NCBI RefSeq assembly: GCF_036321535.1 | Contig: NC_087436.1 | Location: forward strand, 40,922,001 to 40,986,000 | Length of the DNA: 64,000 nucleotides | Reading direction: 5' to 3' | Origin: Camelus dromedarius | Lineage: Eukaryota | Part shown: positions 1 to 14,496 of the stretch, piece by piece | How positions within the stretch are numbered: position 1 is the first letter of the stretch | Layout of the letters: each line of letters opens with the position of its first letter | Notes under the pieces: model-generated | Databases searched by the model: none | Told to the model about the DNA's origin: nothing | Seen by the model: the letters and a program-made list of their open reading frames with translations, nothing else | Made by a program: the position numbers and the translations under genes

Positions 1-1002
1 CTGACAAAGGGTTAATATCCAAAATATACAAACAGCTCATATAAATCAATTAAAAAACCCCACAACACAATAAAAAAATGGGCAGAAGACCTGAATGGAC
101 ATATTTCCAAAGAATATACACAGGTCTTCAGGCTAACAGGCACACAAAATGTTGCTCAACATCCCTAATCATTAGGGAAATGCAAATCAATACGACAATG
201 AGTTATCATCTCACACCTGTCAGAATGGCTATCAACAAAAAGTCTACAAATTACAAGTGTTGATGAGGATGTGAAAAGGGATCCCTTGTACACTGTTGGT
301 GGGAATATAAATTGGTGCAGCCACTATGGAAAACAGTATGGAGTTTCCTCAAAAAAATTAAAAAAGAACTACCATATGATCACAAATACCACTTCTGGGA
401 ATATATCCAGAAAAAACAAAAACACTAATTCAAAAAGATACAGGTACCCCAATGTTCACAGCAGTCCTATTTACAAAAGCTAAGATATGGAAGCAACCTC
501 AATGCCCATCAACAGACAAATGGATTAAGAAAATATTGTATACACACACACACACACACACACACACATTTTACTCAGCCATACAAAAGTATCAATTTCT
601 GCCATTTGTAGTGACACAGAGGAACTTAGAGAATATCACGTGTAGTGAAATGAGAAAGACAAATACTGTATAATATCACTTAAATATGGAATCTAAAAAA
701 ATAAAACAAATGAATGTGTATAGCAAAACATAAACAGACTCGCAGATATAGAAAACAAACTATTGGTTACCAGTGGGGAGAGAGAAGGGGAAGGGGCAAG
801 ATTGGGGTATGGCATCAAAAAGATACAAACTACTGTGTATAAAATAGGTTAAATACAAGGATATACTGTATAGCACTGGAAATTATAGCTGTCATATTGT
901 AATAACTTTTAGTGGCGCATAATCCTAAAACTACTGAATCACTCTGCTGTATACCTGAAACTAACATGATATTATAAATCAATTATATTTTAAATAAACA
1001 AA
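1..1002 (+). mobile_element. LINE-1 3' portion (ORF2 C-terminus + 3'UTR), continues upstream of the window
   Basis: Broken ORF2-like peptides ([52 protein letters not shown]) followed by a typical L1 3'UTR ending ...tataaatcaattatattttaaataaa. Confidence 0.95.
542..568. repeat. (CA)n microsatellite inside L1 ORF2
   Basis: acacacac run seen directly. Confidence 0.95.
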
Positions 1003-1699
1003 GTATTTAACACAAATATACATTTTACAAATTTTTAAAAAATTATTGCTTTACTATGGATACATATTTGTAATATACTTAGAAATACAGTTTAATTTGG
1101 TAATTTCTGTATCCAATGCAATCTATTACAGATGCTCATTGAATTAGCACTATTAGCTTGTAAGGCAATATACAAGCTTGTACTCTATTGTCTTCAGCTT
1201 CTTCAATGAAGTTGATGCTAATTTTTAAATTTCTCTTAAATTACTTGAAAGTATTAGGCTAGGGGAAGTGTTCTCTATGTCTAAAATCTATTGACCACAC
1301 AATGTTTATTTAGATATTTTGAGCACATGATGTTTATAGAGCACATGAGTTTTTTAGAAATGTCAGCGAAAGATACCTATTACCTAAATTATGTTTAAAG
1401 TTTTCCATTCTACCTTGAAGTGGTACTTCTTATTGCTACACAGGGAAGAAAACTTCTTTGACAAGGACTGGTTGGTTTTGCTGCCTTTCCAAAATTTCTG
1501 CCTAGATTGGTTTGGTAAGGGTGAGACAAAAGTTGACGAAATACCTGGCTGTTTCATAGAACTCCACAAAGGAGTTCTGGTTGTACTAAAGCATCACTGA
1601 GAAGGGAGAGAAGAGGACAGATTCAGGCAGTAGGAACAAAATAGTCTTAACAGGACTTAGCCCTTCTACATATGTACAGTTCGAGAGAAAAGTATGCCA

Positions 1700-1985
1700 A
1701 GGATTTATCATCATTCAGCTTTCTGCTTCAGCAGCTTTGGAGATGTCAGTGCCATTTTCTGAGACAGAAAACTCAGGAGAAGTTTGTCAAGGTAAGATAA
1801 ATTGAGTCTTGAATATAACTAAATTTGAGATGCCCTTGAGGTTTAAAAACACAGGTAAGTGACAGCAGGTAAATGTAAGTCTTGAGATGGGAAGGAAGCC
1901 TCTCAGATGGAGATTTTGGAGGGGAGTCATCACCATATAGAGAGGTAGTAATTGAAGATACAGCGGTGAGAAATCTCTAAGGATG
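1700..1985 (-). mobile_element. L2 LINE remnant
   Basis: Resembles antisense L2 (gtgccattttctgagacag...aaatttgagatgcc...ggagtcatcaccatatag); boundaries approximate. Confidence 0.55.
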
Positions 1986-4900
1986 AATATGTATATACTT
2001 TTTCTCTAGCTTTATATACATAGAAGGAACAAGTCCTGTTAAGACTGTTCTTACTAGTGCCTGCATCTGTCCTGTTATCTCCATTTTCAGTGATAATACA
2101 TTAATACAGACAACCGTAACTCTTTTGTGGAGTTCTATGAAACAGACTGGTATTTGACCAACTTTTATTTGACTCCCACCAAACCAATGTCCAAAATACA
2201 GCCAATGATATTTTCTTAAATACGAATGTCACTGTGTCATTCTTTTGCTAAAAAAGTTTTCCATGTGCTACTCTATTTTTCTAGAAAACTCTCATCAAGT
2301 ATCTAGTATCTCTTTAAAGTATCTAGTTTCTCATCATTCTTTAGTTCATAGCATAGACTTGAGTTCTTTGAAGAATTTACACCAAAGAAGCCTGGTTTAG
2401 TTTCTCTAAACACATTACTTATCACCATGAATTTTAACTCCTTGATAACTATTCTTCCTCTACAAAGTAAAAACACTAAGAGAAGATATTGTCTAACTTT
2501 CATATGCAAAACTGAGCATAGTGTTAGATTCAACAATACTCAGTGTTTGCTGAAGTGAATTACTCTCTTACAGCAGATGTAGTTAAAAAGAATATATGAG
2601 TCGAGTCCTATTTTGAATCAGGCAAAGCACTAGATACTATAGAAATGTTGGATATGTAGTGAAGCATTAAGTTGCTGCCCTCAAGTAGTCAATGTAGGCC
2701 ATGCAAAGTATAAACTCATGCAAAATAATGAATAGTAAGCTGTTTACCTACTGCCAAATACGTAATACTGGGAATAATTTTTATAGAAGATCAATGAAGC
2801 ACAAACTAATAGTTCTATAATGCTTCTTTCTAGACCCCAATTAAGCCCATTTTCTTGGCTGTCAATAGTGTTATTTCCATGATAAATGAGAATCAGGCAT
2901 TCAATCTGAAAAACAAGTAAGCATTTTATGAATAAACACATTCATTTACATTTGGTTATATAATGCATATTGAATTTCCCTCATGTGCTCCGTACTGTGC
3001 TAAATGTTGGAGACAAATAGCCAGTAGTCTTGAATAGTTTACAAGGTAATGAGGGAAAAAGACAAGTAAATACATAATTTAAAACAATATGGAGATTTTA
3101 ATGACAGCCATGTGCAGAGGGCAAGAGTCAGTATCAAGACTAGCTTGAATATCCATGCATCTCTGATATATTCAAGGAAATGGGTGGTATTATAATGATT
3201 TAGGGCAACTGAATTAAGCTGAATGAAATGTCCAGATGTCATCATTATAATATTATCACTTAAATTTAACAGCTATTTTCTGATATCCTCAGTATGAAAA
3301 TTTCTAATCATAACACTACATCTCTCTTATTTGATAAAACATAGATATATCAAGAGTTGCAGTGAAAATGAGGAATTATTATTTTAATAACTTGTGGATA
3401 CTTTTATCTCATAAATATTTACAGTGTAGAGTATTCCTTAACAAAGCCTTATATTCCATCTGAATTTTATATTTATATTTTTCAATCTTTTATAGGCTAA
3501 GCAAATGCTGTCCAGAAATTAAATAGCAAATGGGGAAATTTTAATAGTTTTAGTGATTTAAAGCTTTTCTAATAATTACGCAGAGATGGTTAAATCCTCA
3601 GTTTACAAACTAAATTATTAGTAAAAGAAAAACTTTTAGTTATGAAATTGATGTGATTCTTGTAAGACAGCCTTTATAAATATTCCAGTAATGTAAAATC
3701 ATTTCTAAAAGCACAAATACATGGAGCCAACTTAAAAGGCAAGTTTCCTTCCCTGCTGTTTTAGTGCTTTGAACTTAGAGCAATTAGTTTAAGTTAGTTT
3801 TCAGTCAATATTGAAGTTACCATTTTATGTAAAACATTTTTAAATTTCTGCCAATTATCCCCCTTTGGGGCATAATTAAAAACAAAAAATTATTAGGAAG
3901 TTCATGTCAATTACTGAAAAAGAAGACTAATGTCATCTGCTAAAGAAGGCACATTTCACAGCACCTCATGTAGGCACGGGAAAAGAAAGTAGTTTCCTTC
4001 GTAACAACCTTGAAAACAGATGTGAATAAGTAGTAATTCCCCAGAAGCAAAACCGATCTATGGGAACTTCACAAGACACACGTTGCCAGCCAGCAGTGCT
4101 GCACATGCGAAATGCTGCTGAAGGAGCTGGAGGTCATCCTGATAGCAGCATCCCAGTGGAGAAGGCAATGGCACATGGATATAGATTTCCCTGCCAAAAC
4201 CAATTACTGTTTAACACCTTTCCTTGACCCCAGGACAGTTTCTTCTCTCTAAGGACTAAAAACTGGGATCAACTACATGACATTAATAATATTAAATTCC
4301 AAAGAGGGAATCATTGAAATGTTTAGTTACTCACATAAGTATCATCCTGCAGCAAGGTAATAAAATAATATAATGAAAAGATGTTTTCATCAAGAGAACC
4401 CAGGATTAACTCAGACAGCTTTCTTGATATTTCATATAAAATGTGTGTGGATATCTGTGATTCCATTTCTACATTCTTATATTTTCATACTGACAATTAT
4501 TTTAAAGTGATAGTACAATAAACCATAAGTCCACTTACACTTTGGTTAATTTTATGCATTTCCCGTATTTTTCAAAGTGATCTCCATGTGATACAACTTA
4601 GTGCATTAATTGCCATTATTGTGCTCCTCAGGCCTATCACCTTAAGGATATGCAATTTTTGCAGAAATTTCATTAATGGTTTAACTCCCCACCAGAATTG
4701 TAGAGATGTTAGAGTCAAAGCATTTAGGACCAAAGAGCTTAGTAGAACAGTCCCTTCACTTCATACAGGACTTTATCATCACCAGGTCCTAGGTCTTCTA
4801 CCAGGGTAAATGGGTGAGACCAGGTTCAGCTAACAGATATGATATTATTCTTGGAGCCACTGTTCCCTCTGATGGTCATTGATTGTTAATGTGGCGTCCT

Positions 4901-5644
4901 GTCACATAAGAGAATCAGAGTACACCAAAGTTTTCTTTTGCCTTCTTTCAGACTCCTTTCGCCCTTCTTTCCCCACTCACACAATTTATCAAACTTACCC
5001 CAGTCATTGGGCATGGTTAGTGGCCTTTGAAAGTTTTAAGTAAATTTTGTCGATTCATTCTATTATATAGGCATATACGTGTATGTGTATGTATAGAACA
5101 CACATGTCTGCATGTACGTGTAAAATGTGAGTGTATGCCATTAGGTTTGTTAAGTGCTCACAGAAGTGATAATTAGACAGAAGAGTAGTATTTGTCTTTT
5201 TTTTAGAGTGATATCTAAAGATTACTGAGTATCTAAAGAACACTTGATCCCTTTGAAATTCATTATATCATCTGACTTTGTTGTAAAAAAAAGTCAATAA
5301 AATTAATTGCATATTATCTTAAAATTAGTTACAAATATCAGATGATGCTAGTACTGTAGACATTATCCACTAAAACTCAGCCTCTTGGCATTTTCATAAA
5401 TAAATTTTTGTGACTTTTCTTTAAAAGATATTATAGATTTGGTAACACTACATTCCTCTGCGTTAAGTACAGGTGAGATATTACAAAAAAAAACTTTGAT
5501 TTAATATAGTTTTTTAAATGACACAAGGAACCAAACAGCAATTACTCCATCTTGTATATATAGATTTTGTATTGCAATACAAGTTTTAGGTTAGTTTTAT
5601 GGAAAGGCATACACTATTTTGAAGAGATTAATATATACACAATT

Positions 5645-6200
5645 ACTGGGGCAGGAAACATACAAAATTAAACTAGAGCATCTTCTGGTACCAGAAAGTA
5701 AGGAAGTGTTCAAAAAGAAAATCAACAAACAAATAAACAAACAGCCCACCCTGCAATGATGAGTATCTGTCAAAGGGAAACCAAATGAAAGAGCTCTTAA
5801 TGGTCAAACCTGGAACAATTACAGCAAAAAAATTAAGTTCGTAGTATTGTATTATAATCTAAAGTATCAAATAAAGATTCATGAGTCCATACTGATATAA
5901 ATGTCTGAATATATAAATAAATAGGAGAAATGATACAAATATCTCGTATAGAAGAATTCCAAATAACAACTAGTTATTACACACTCAAGGTACCAGATTG
6001 TAACTCCTCACATTGTGGGGCTGTGCTGAATGACTTCCTTGCAAAGAGTACAGTATGGAAAGGGGAAAAAAGAGGAACTCTATAGTGGAGACACGTGAAA
6101 AGCACTGCTTCAGTCAGATGATCAAGATCAACATCAATAGTAAGTCATAGTATGATGTCACATGATGAAAATCACAATGTACTTCTGTGCTTTTCTCATG
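5645..6200 (+). mobile_element. Old L1 3'UTR fragment (L1MC3/L1MD-like)
   Basis: Recalled motifs tagagcatcttctggtaccagaaagtaaggaagtg, gagtccatactgatataaatg, aaagagtacagtatggaaagggg, gatcaagatcaacatcaa. Confidence 0.7.
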
Positions 6201-8649
6201 CTTCTAAGCACTTATCCATAGATTTGGGCAAACTTTGGGAAGCTTCATGTGCACCGTATAGTACTACTTAGATTTTGTCTCTTTAGCTCTTGCAAGTATT
6301 TCTATATATGCCCTAATAGAAGTCAGTTATTCAGATATTTTTAAAACTATATTTAAATTGTAAAATCTTATTAAAATAAGATTTTATTATCTCATATTTT
6401 ACACCTATACCTAATGACCATGAATATTCTAATAGCTATAAATAGCTCTTTTTAATATTTTAATTTACTTATTTTCAGACATTTACTCTTCACGGGGCAT
6501 CTAGACTATAAACAGAAAAGAAGGAAACAAGAGAACAACATGGTTCTTTTTAAGAATTTAGAGTATGTTTTTGGGAAAAAAATAAAAAATATCTTCAAAG
6601 GGACTTCTTATCATAGTGTTTTCAGTAACACTCTGTTGATGCTTTAAAATTACAGCTTAAAGCAAGAATTATAGGCATAAAAATAAGAAATAGTTTGAAT
6701 ATCCTCCCTACAGACACCATTTTCATTGTTATTTATTGAGTTACCAGGGACGAATTTCTCTCTGTGAAAGCATAAAGTAGGGAAGGGTCCCTGAACATTG
6801 AAATCTGAGTATGAGAAGAATCTGAAATTTACATTGAATGATAGAAAATGATTCTATTACTGCTCTTCAATGTATTATATATGCCAGTGCTTATTTGATG
6901 CATCCTAACCAGCTTTTTACTTAATTGTTCTGTTCTACTTAATGCGGGTAAAATTCAGTATTTTCTCCTGCGAATGAAAATCACTCCTTTACATGAAGTC
7001 TTGGGATCCCACTTTTATTTTATGTTGCAGTTTCAATGATATTAACCAGAGACCAAAGCTCCTGTCTTCAAAACTCACTTTGCATTTGGCTGTTCTCAGG
7101 GGAACGATGCCTACACTGAAAAGTGGCAAAAGTTAAAACACTAGTATTTATTTAGATCACATTTAAATAAAAACCCTGTGTAAAGGCAAGTATTCAATAA
7201 GAATATCTGAAAGGAAGCTGCCAAAATAAAACCCTCAGAAGAAGAATGTTTCCATTCTATTTCCATATACATGACATCGGGGAACATACAGAGAATGTGA
7301 ACATGGGAAACCCCATTTAATTTCTCTACTGCAAACAAAAGAGCAAATTGGCATAAAAAGACATCTTTAGTCTTAGCATGACTTTTGTAAAATGTAGGAC
7401 CAAATAATTTCTCCCAAATGAACAATGACCACAATTGGACACAACTTCAACTTCATGTAAAGTGGGTAGGACTTGTCCGTGTTGCATACATAGCTTGCAC
7501 TTTGTTCCCGGTTCCTCGCCAGGTATATTTGATACAGATTGTGTCAGCATCAAGGACAAGACACCAGAAGGGACTGGGGAGCGGATGTACTCAGTATAGC
7601 CTACTGCCCATAACTTTAATCTTACAAATACTCTGGGGAGAAGCACTAATAATGTACTTCTGGGATAAAAATCCTAACTTACCAGAAAATTTAATTCTGT
7701 GAAATTTGAAATTTGTAACTTGTAATTTATTATTTGGTTTGTGGGTCATTTTGAGGATCTGATTTGGGCTAAGAAAGCCTTTATAAAAATGCATGTGTTT
7801 GTCATGCTTTCTCAGGATATTTGAAAATTCCCCAGAGTGCATATATCCAAATGGAGAACGATTGGAACTTAAGTTTTACAACTTCTGCACAGAATTTCAT
7901 CATTCAAATAAAAACAATAGGTAGATAAGAAGATTATAATAGATGATTAATAGATATCAGGTGTCCGTGTCTGTCATTTTTGTTCTTTATGGTATTTTGC
8001 AACATCTTAACCAGGCCTTGTTTGTCAGTGAGATCTTGGGATAATGAAGCCAAAATAGATTTTAAAAATATTTTTGAGCAGATTAAATACATAAAGGCCA
8101 TGAAATGTATTCTAAATCATAGGTAAAGTACACAGCTATAAGAATTTTTTTTTAACTGAATGATTAAGACAAAGAACAAACACTCCTAGTTAGAAAATCA
8201 ACTCAATGGAGTGAAATCAAGTAAATTATCCCTTGTCTATTATTTTGGAATCTAACAAAGATCTGAAAATAAAAGGTTTTTTGGAAGTGACAAACTTTTG
8301 GCTACAAAATCTGAAGTGAATTCTAGTGAACCTATGTATAATCATTATTGAACAGTCTTTTTCTTCCTATTCCCTTCTGAGAATATATATACATATTTTT
8401 TTTAATGTAAACTTTTACCTTTCTGAAATCTGAAAGAAAAGCTTCTGAAATACATCTGACACTTCAACAAGGATCACTGAATTAGTCTAAGAAAAATACA
8501 TTTAATTATACATTTCATTTTTTAGATTGCCATTCTTCTACCATTTTGTTTTTCAGTACTTTCTCTTTTTCTGTTGCAAAGAAAGAGCACCCCAGTGTCA
8601 TTACCTGCTGAAGACCAGGATTTCTGTGTATTACTGGGAATTTACTGTC

Positions 8650-8820
8650 TACTAAGTAAAGGCATAGTCAGATTTGGAGTATCCTGTATGCTTATCAGGT
8701 TACTAATTTTATTAAGATCAGAATCCTCATTCAATAATAAAAACAAATATATTATACACATCACAGGTTATTAGGAGAATTAGTGTAAGCAAAATTTTGT
8801 GAAGTAGGTAAATACTTAGT
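8650..8820 (+). mobile_element. MIR SINE remnant
   Basis: Degenerate MIR core (cagaatcctcatt...acatcacaggttattaggagaatta). Confidence 0.45.
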
Positions 8821-9059
8821 ACATTTCTATTTGTATTCAATTCTATAACTACTTCAGAGGGAATCTGGAAGATATTAATAAAGTGACATCTGCCAAAATA
8901 TTCTTGTTCTATTAATAATTTATAATTGATGAATTATTAATAAAAGCTGTTCCATTAATAATTAAGATGTGCAGAATCAAAATCTGTTCATTCTCCAATG
9001 GAATGACAACAATAGTAACAAAACAATGGCAGTGATAAAAATAACAATAAGAATTATAG

Positions 9060-9280
9060 GAAATCCTTAGTAGTACTTAGTCTTTGCCTGGTGCTTTCCT
9101 AAGCATTTTACATGTATTGATAATTTAACTTTTCTGGAAAACCTTATGCATTAGATACAATTATAATGTTTTGTTGTTGTTGTCGTTGTTTGCAGAACAG
9201 GCACACATGTAAGTAATTTGCTGAAAGTCACACAGCTAGTAAAGGATAGAGTAGGCGCTCTTAACTATTGCGCTATATGG
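9060..9280 (-). mobile_element. MIR SINE remnant
   Basis: ctaagcattttacatgtatt...aagtaatttgctgaaagtcacacagctagtaa matches antisense MIR. Confidence 0.7.
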
Positions 9281-11074
9281 TTGCTACGGGAAGCCAATTA
9301 TGTCCTAGGTATGTTTTATGGGAATAGCAACACAGCATTTTAGGAAATAATTTCTCCTATTAAAACACTAATGCCTCACTAAAATACTATTGTATGGTCA
9401 GTATTTTTATTTTCCATGACTGGTTGGTAAACAGTTTTTCTGTGGGGTGCAAAATCGAATTTTTTCATTCTGGCAGATAAGAATCACATGCTTATGCTTC
9501 ATTAATATGGTTTTAAATAGCATTTCATAAACTCCAACTATTATAGAGAGCTTTTAAAAAATGCTAATGGCCTTGTTAATTAAAACTCAATGTCTATCTT
9601 CCACTTTTCTTTTGAACCTGGGGTAATTTTTTTTTCATTCTTCTGTGTCTCATAATAATTAGTTATAGAGTCATAGTTTGAAGCTCAGGGTATTCCTTTC
9701 AGGAAAAAGAAAGTTGTACATAGTTTAAAGGATAGAGCTTACATAAAATTGCCTTATATCATTGTGTTTCTGCATAACGTGTGCTGAAAAACAATGCAGC
9801 CCAACTTGCCTAATTATCTTTAGGACACTGAACAACTTGCTATGAACACCAGACAATGCTGCCTGCATTTCCCAGAGCATCCAGACACGTACATGCAGAA
9901 TTTGATCATGCGATGTGCTTGTGAATTAAGTAAAACAGCAAACCATTACAGCAATTGTCTATTCCTAGAGGTATTCCCCGTTAGTCATTCCACTCCTTTT
10001 AATGCTCTGCTGCACTGTCTGCTCGGCTTTGTTTTGTATTCCCAGCTGCTACTCAGTTCTTGGCTCTGACAGCTGGATTATGAGTGGTATTTGAGGTTAA
10101 TTAAATCAGTAATGAATTTTTAAATAGAGGTACAAAATTAGGGCAGGAAGACCTAGGAGAAAAGTCAAATATACTGAGTGTAGTGTAGGGGAGAAACCAA
10201 GTATGTTGCCCCAGTTAGAGAGGAGCAGTGCCTGCTGGAACTGTCCAGAGTTTATTCAAGGAAGTACACGTTCACCCTAAATGGAGAATCCATCACTCAT
10301 TGTAACATCATAGGCAGAATAATACTGGGTTAGTATCACTGGATCACACAAAGTATTAACAAAAAAATCCCGGTGTGATTTCTGAACTTTTGTTAATATT
10401 TGTGCTTGGCATTATTTTTGACAAGACTTAGAACACCACCTGTGCAAACATAATAGCTGTTTTTCTTCTGAAAGTTACATATTAAAATGAGGAGTACCAA
10501 GCTTCATTCATAACAGTGCAGAATTTTTGTTTGTTTATTTGTTAGTTTTTAATAAAAGAAGGAAAGATGTTTAGGAGTAGTTTAAAATTATCTCCAAACT
10601 TTGCAAAAGTAACCTTTTTACGTACTCCCTTTTTTTCCAAGAAGACAAACTTCTTTAACATATCATCTTTTCCTTTTTTTTTATCCTGCACCACTAATGC
10701 TAATCTAAACTTTTCATTTTTAAATTTAGATTTCACGTTAAATGTAGTCTAAAATTGGAATTTTAAATTTAGAGTTTATGGTAACTTCATCAGTCCTGTA
10801 AGACAAATGAAAATGTCAAATCTCTGCGAATATTGGCATCTATGGGGTATTATGGTAATATTCTGTAATAAGATGCATACTCTAGCAATTTGTCAACCCG
10901 TATTTGACAAAGAATAACATGTATATAAGAGTACTTTTAACATTTTTTGATGAAAAAAGGTTGTTTTATTTAACAAATTTTCATTCAATCAATGAGATGT
11001 AACAGAGTATTTAATATATTCTCACTATGTACTCAGTACTATGTCTGTAGAACTGACAATAACTACAATTCAAA

Positions 11075-11700
11075 TGGGGGCTTCTACTTCCACGCATGAG
11101 TGAGTGACTAAACTGGACTATATGCCAAAGTAAACACATGGAAAACTAGAAAAAATATATAATACTCTTTTCAGAAATAGGACAGAAGGAAGAATAGGAC
11201 AGTGATCCCTGCATTAACAGAAAACAATAGGTTAACCCTGTAATCCCCTTGATTTTCCAAAACATGGCACACAGAGGAAACCAAGCAGAGCCAAGTTCAG
11301 GGATCCTGTCAGCTGGAATCTGTAGGGAAGCACAATGGAGAGGAAGAAGCTAGAAAGAGCTATAAACTTGTGTCCCCTAGAGTATGGAACTGACTATTGT
11401 CACACAGGCATAGGGTGAAATTACAGAGGGCAAGAAAAGAATAACAAGGGAGATGAAACAGTTCATACATGACTAACAGCCTCTAAAATTCCATCTAACA
11501 TGAATGGTGAGTTCCTATTGAATGTTTGTTGAGACTCAAGAAGGGGTAGCTGGTAGTTAAGGTTAATCTGGCCTATAGTGAAAGTTCAATGAAACCTGCA
11601 TTTACAAAGAAGGAAAACCAGCCTCAAATATTCAGCTGATTCACAAGGAACTTCAATGACTGCCCAACCAAGTCCAAAACCCTGTTCCATGGTGTGAGTT
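11075..11700 (+). mobile_element. Ancient L1 5'-end fragment (L1ME/L1MD 5end-like)
   Basis: ggcttctacttcc...gtaaacacatggaaaactagaaaaaatatat...ggacagtgatccctg...ccaagcagagcc resembles recalled old L1 5' consensus. Confidence 0.55.
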
Positions 11701-13499
11701 TCTGTTTAGACTGCTTTTCTTACATCAGTGAAATAAAATGACAAGTTAATAAGATGAGTAAGAGGCAGGACCACTGTAAGGTTTAGAAGAGGAGACTTCG
11801 TTATCCTTATAATGTATATGGAAGGGAGATACTAAAGGACTGTTGGTGGAAAATTATAAAGCAACTCTTGGAGTTGTGCAGTCATGGCTTTACAGTGTAA
11901 TAAGTTGTCACACTTGTAAGATTATCTACACAAATTTATAATTGCTCCTATGAACAATAAAAAAGATGGATTCTTGGAATTTCCTAGGGGTGTATTTTCC
12001 ATGTGAGGTCAACTATGGGGGAGACAGGCAAGAGGTTAAAAGTTTGAGTGCAGGTATAGGATTCTGGGAAAGACATTTATGTTGCCTGGAACTCAGTTTT
12101 CTCATTTATAAAAAGAGATGGTTGTTTCTAATGATTCTGTGCAATTTAAACAGTTTTATGAGTTATCTATCTGTTTCATTACAATAAGATGAATTTTAGT
12201 TATTGGTTAGAAACGGGAAATTTATGGAGACAATTAGATACTGAGGTTTGTTTGATTTCTCTATTTACACTGAAAAAATTTTAGTAGAAATGTGGACCTA
12301 AGTTCCTTAAGAGAGAGTTCAAATTTTGTAAAGGGTCTAAAATATTTATTCTGCTAAAATGTAACCATAGAAAATGAAAGATAACTGTTTGTTATACTCT
12401 GTTGAGTAAAGAAGGTCTGAGAAGAAACAGAGATAATAATGGTAGTTGGAATCCAGGCTTAATATAGAAGCTCTCATACTAAGCAGAGGACTGATTTCAT
12501 TGTAAATATTATGCTTCTATATCAGGCAATTATTTTTTCAATTTTTTAATAAGCAAGTATGCTTACTGATAAATGCAACAGATGCTATCTTAGGATTATT
12601 CACATGTTACATATAACTAAAAGGTTTATTGATGCAATATTCATGATTTTATTGTGAAGATAAAATAGTCTGAATATCAACTGAAAAAAGAAGATATAGT
12701 TGCCCAATGAAGCACTTCAAAATGAAAAGTGTAATGTATCATGATGGCATTTAAATTTAAAAGGCCATGCCTTTCTTCCAGTTTTGCTTTTAATTTTAAT
12801 TATAAAATATCTGGCTTAATGAAAGCGTTTATTAAGATTATAATGTTACCCTTTCTCTCTGGAATGAGATGTATATGATTTTTCATGGGACTATTATTCA
12901 AATGACAATGATGCTACTCAGTGGCTACATAGCATAGATTTTATTTTCCAAAATATTATGGAGATAGTTTTTCAAAGATGTTACAGATTATCTTTGCAGA
13001 TGCAAGAAAAAATACCCTTTTTCAATACCATAAAGTAAAGTTTATATTTTTGAGCAGTAAAAACATTCATTTTATATCTGAGGCTATGTAGTCTTATTAA
13101 ATCAAAGACCAAAGGCATTTACATAGTTGAATTAAAATTCTTAAATTTTAATTCCATTTTTAAAACGTCTTATTATTTTTATTATAATATCAGAAGTGAA
13201 TGGAAAAAAATTAAAGTACAAAGTGGCTTCTATATCTCTGTGACTATTGTGTCTCTCTCCTCTCTTCTTCTCTATTCAAATGATTAAAATATACGCACCC
13301 AGGAAAGAAAGCTGAGAAATATCCTTGATTCTGGGGAGAGGATAAGAAACAAATCTAAGTTCCTCTGCTGAAAAATATCACAATCTAATGTTTTTATTTG
13401 TATATGGGTTCCTATGTGTATATAGAAACCTGAATGTCTATAGTAAGGGGACAATTTAAAAAAAAACAAAACAGAGGTTAAATGCAGGACATTTCATTC

Positions 13500-13920
13500 G
13501 AAGTACAGCAGAGGTTGAGTTTGATTCTAAATGCTAGGACCAGGAAAGTCTTTGTGTTGGATGTAACATTTCAGTGAAAAGTTGAATCAGGAATAAGACA
13601 TCTTTAGGCTTAGCAAGGTAGGAAAAATGAGATAACGGGATGAGCATTAGCAGAGATGTGAAAATGCACAGTATTTTCAGGGGGCTAGGGGAAGTTCAGA
13701 TAAAATATTTGAGGCAAGAACTGGCTATAATATTGAACAAATTAGATTCAAATTATGAAAGGTCTTAAATTATTTGCTAAGGAATTTGATCTCTATTTTC
13801 TAAGTAGTTGAGAACCATAGGGGATATTTAAGAAAGTAAGTGACAAATTCAGATCTCTATCGGGGAGGAAAATTCTAATGAAAATATGAAGGATTGACTG
13901 GAGAAAGAAGAGTGTCCTGG
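13500..13920 (-). mobile_element. L2 LINE remnant
   Basis: gctaaggaatttgatctctattttctaagtagttgagaaccataggggatatttaag...agtgacaaattcagat resembles antisense L2. Confidence 0.6.
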
Positions 13921-14496
13921 GAATAAATGAAAGACTCACAATAATAAAATGATAGAGAAGTAGTTGAAGTGAGAACAGGATGTTAAATGAAAAATATTCA
14001 CTATTATTTGTTTGAAAGTTTAATTTGAGTTTGTGACTGAAATGACCACATCAATATAAAGACATCCACCTGTTGCTTATATGTATATCTATATTAGTTA
14101 AGTCATATATTATAATTTAGTTTCAAGTGTTTACAATTTTTAGTCATTACATTACAGTCATTACATTATTTTATTGAGTGTTGAATGTGTGATAAGATAA
14201 ATGAGAGTGCCTGTGATATATACTTCAAAATGTATAGATACTAATAGGTTATTTATCATAGATTAAAATAAACTTATGGCTTATTTGTAAGATTTTATAT
14301 ATTAAAAAATCAAGCTTACAATTATACGTGTTTTTTACCTGACATATGCTTCAGTCTGGCAGCTGACATGAGCAATACTCATATTGAGCCTTTCTTTTTA
14401 TGCTTAGTCTTGAAAACAACATTTAGCTGAAAATATACTCCTGTTTAAATCAAGGATTTAGCATACTTGCTGTCTGCAAATGGTCACATTGCCTCT

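Noticed and set aside
7326..7702. Overlapping ORFs in a moderately GC-rich patch as a possible exon
   Set aside because: No recognisable peptide in any frame and no convincing splice-site pair; cannot be fully excluded without RNA-seq or tBLASTn
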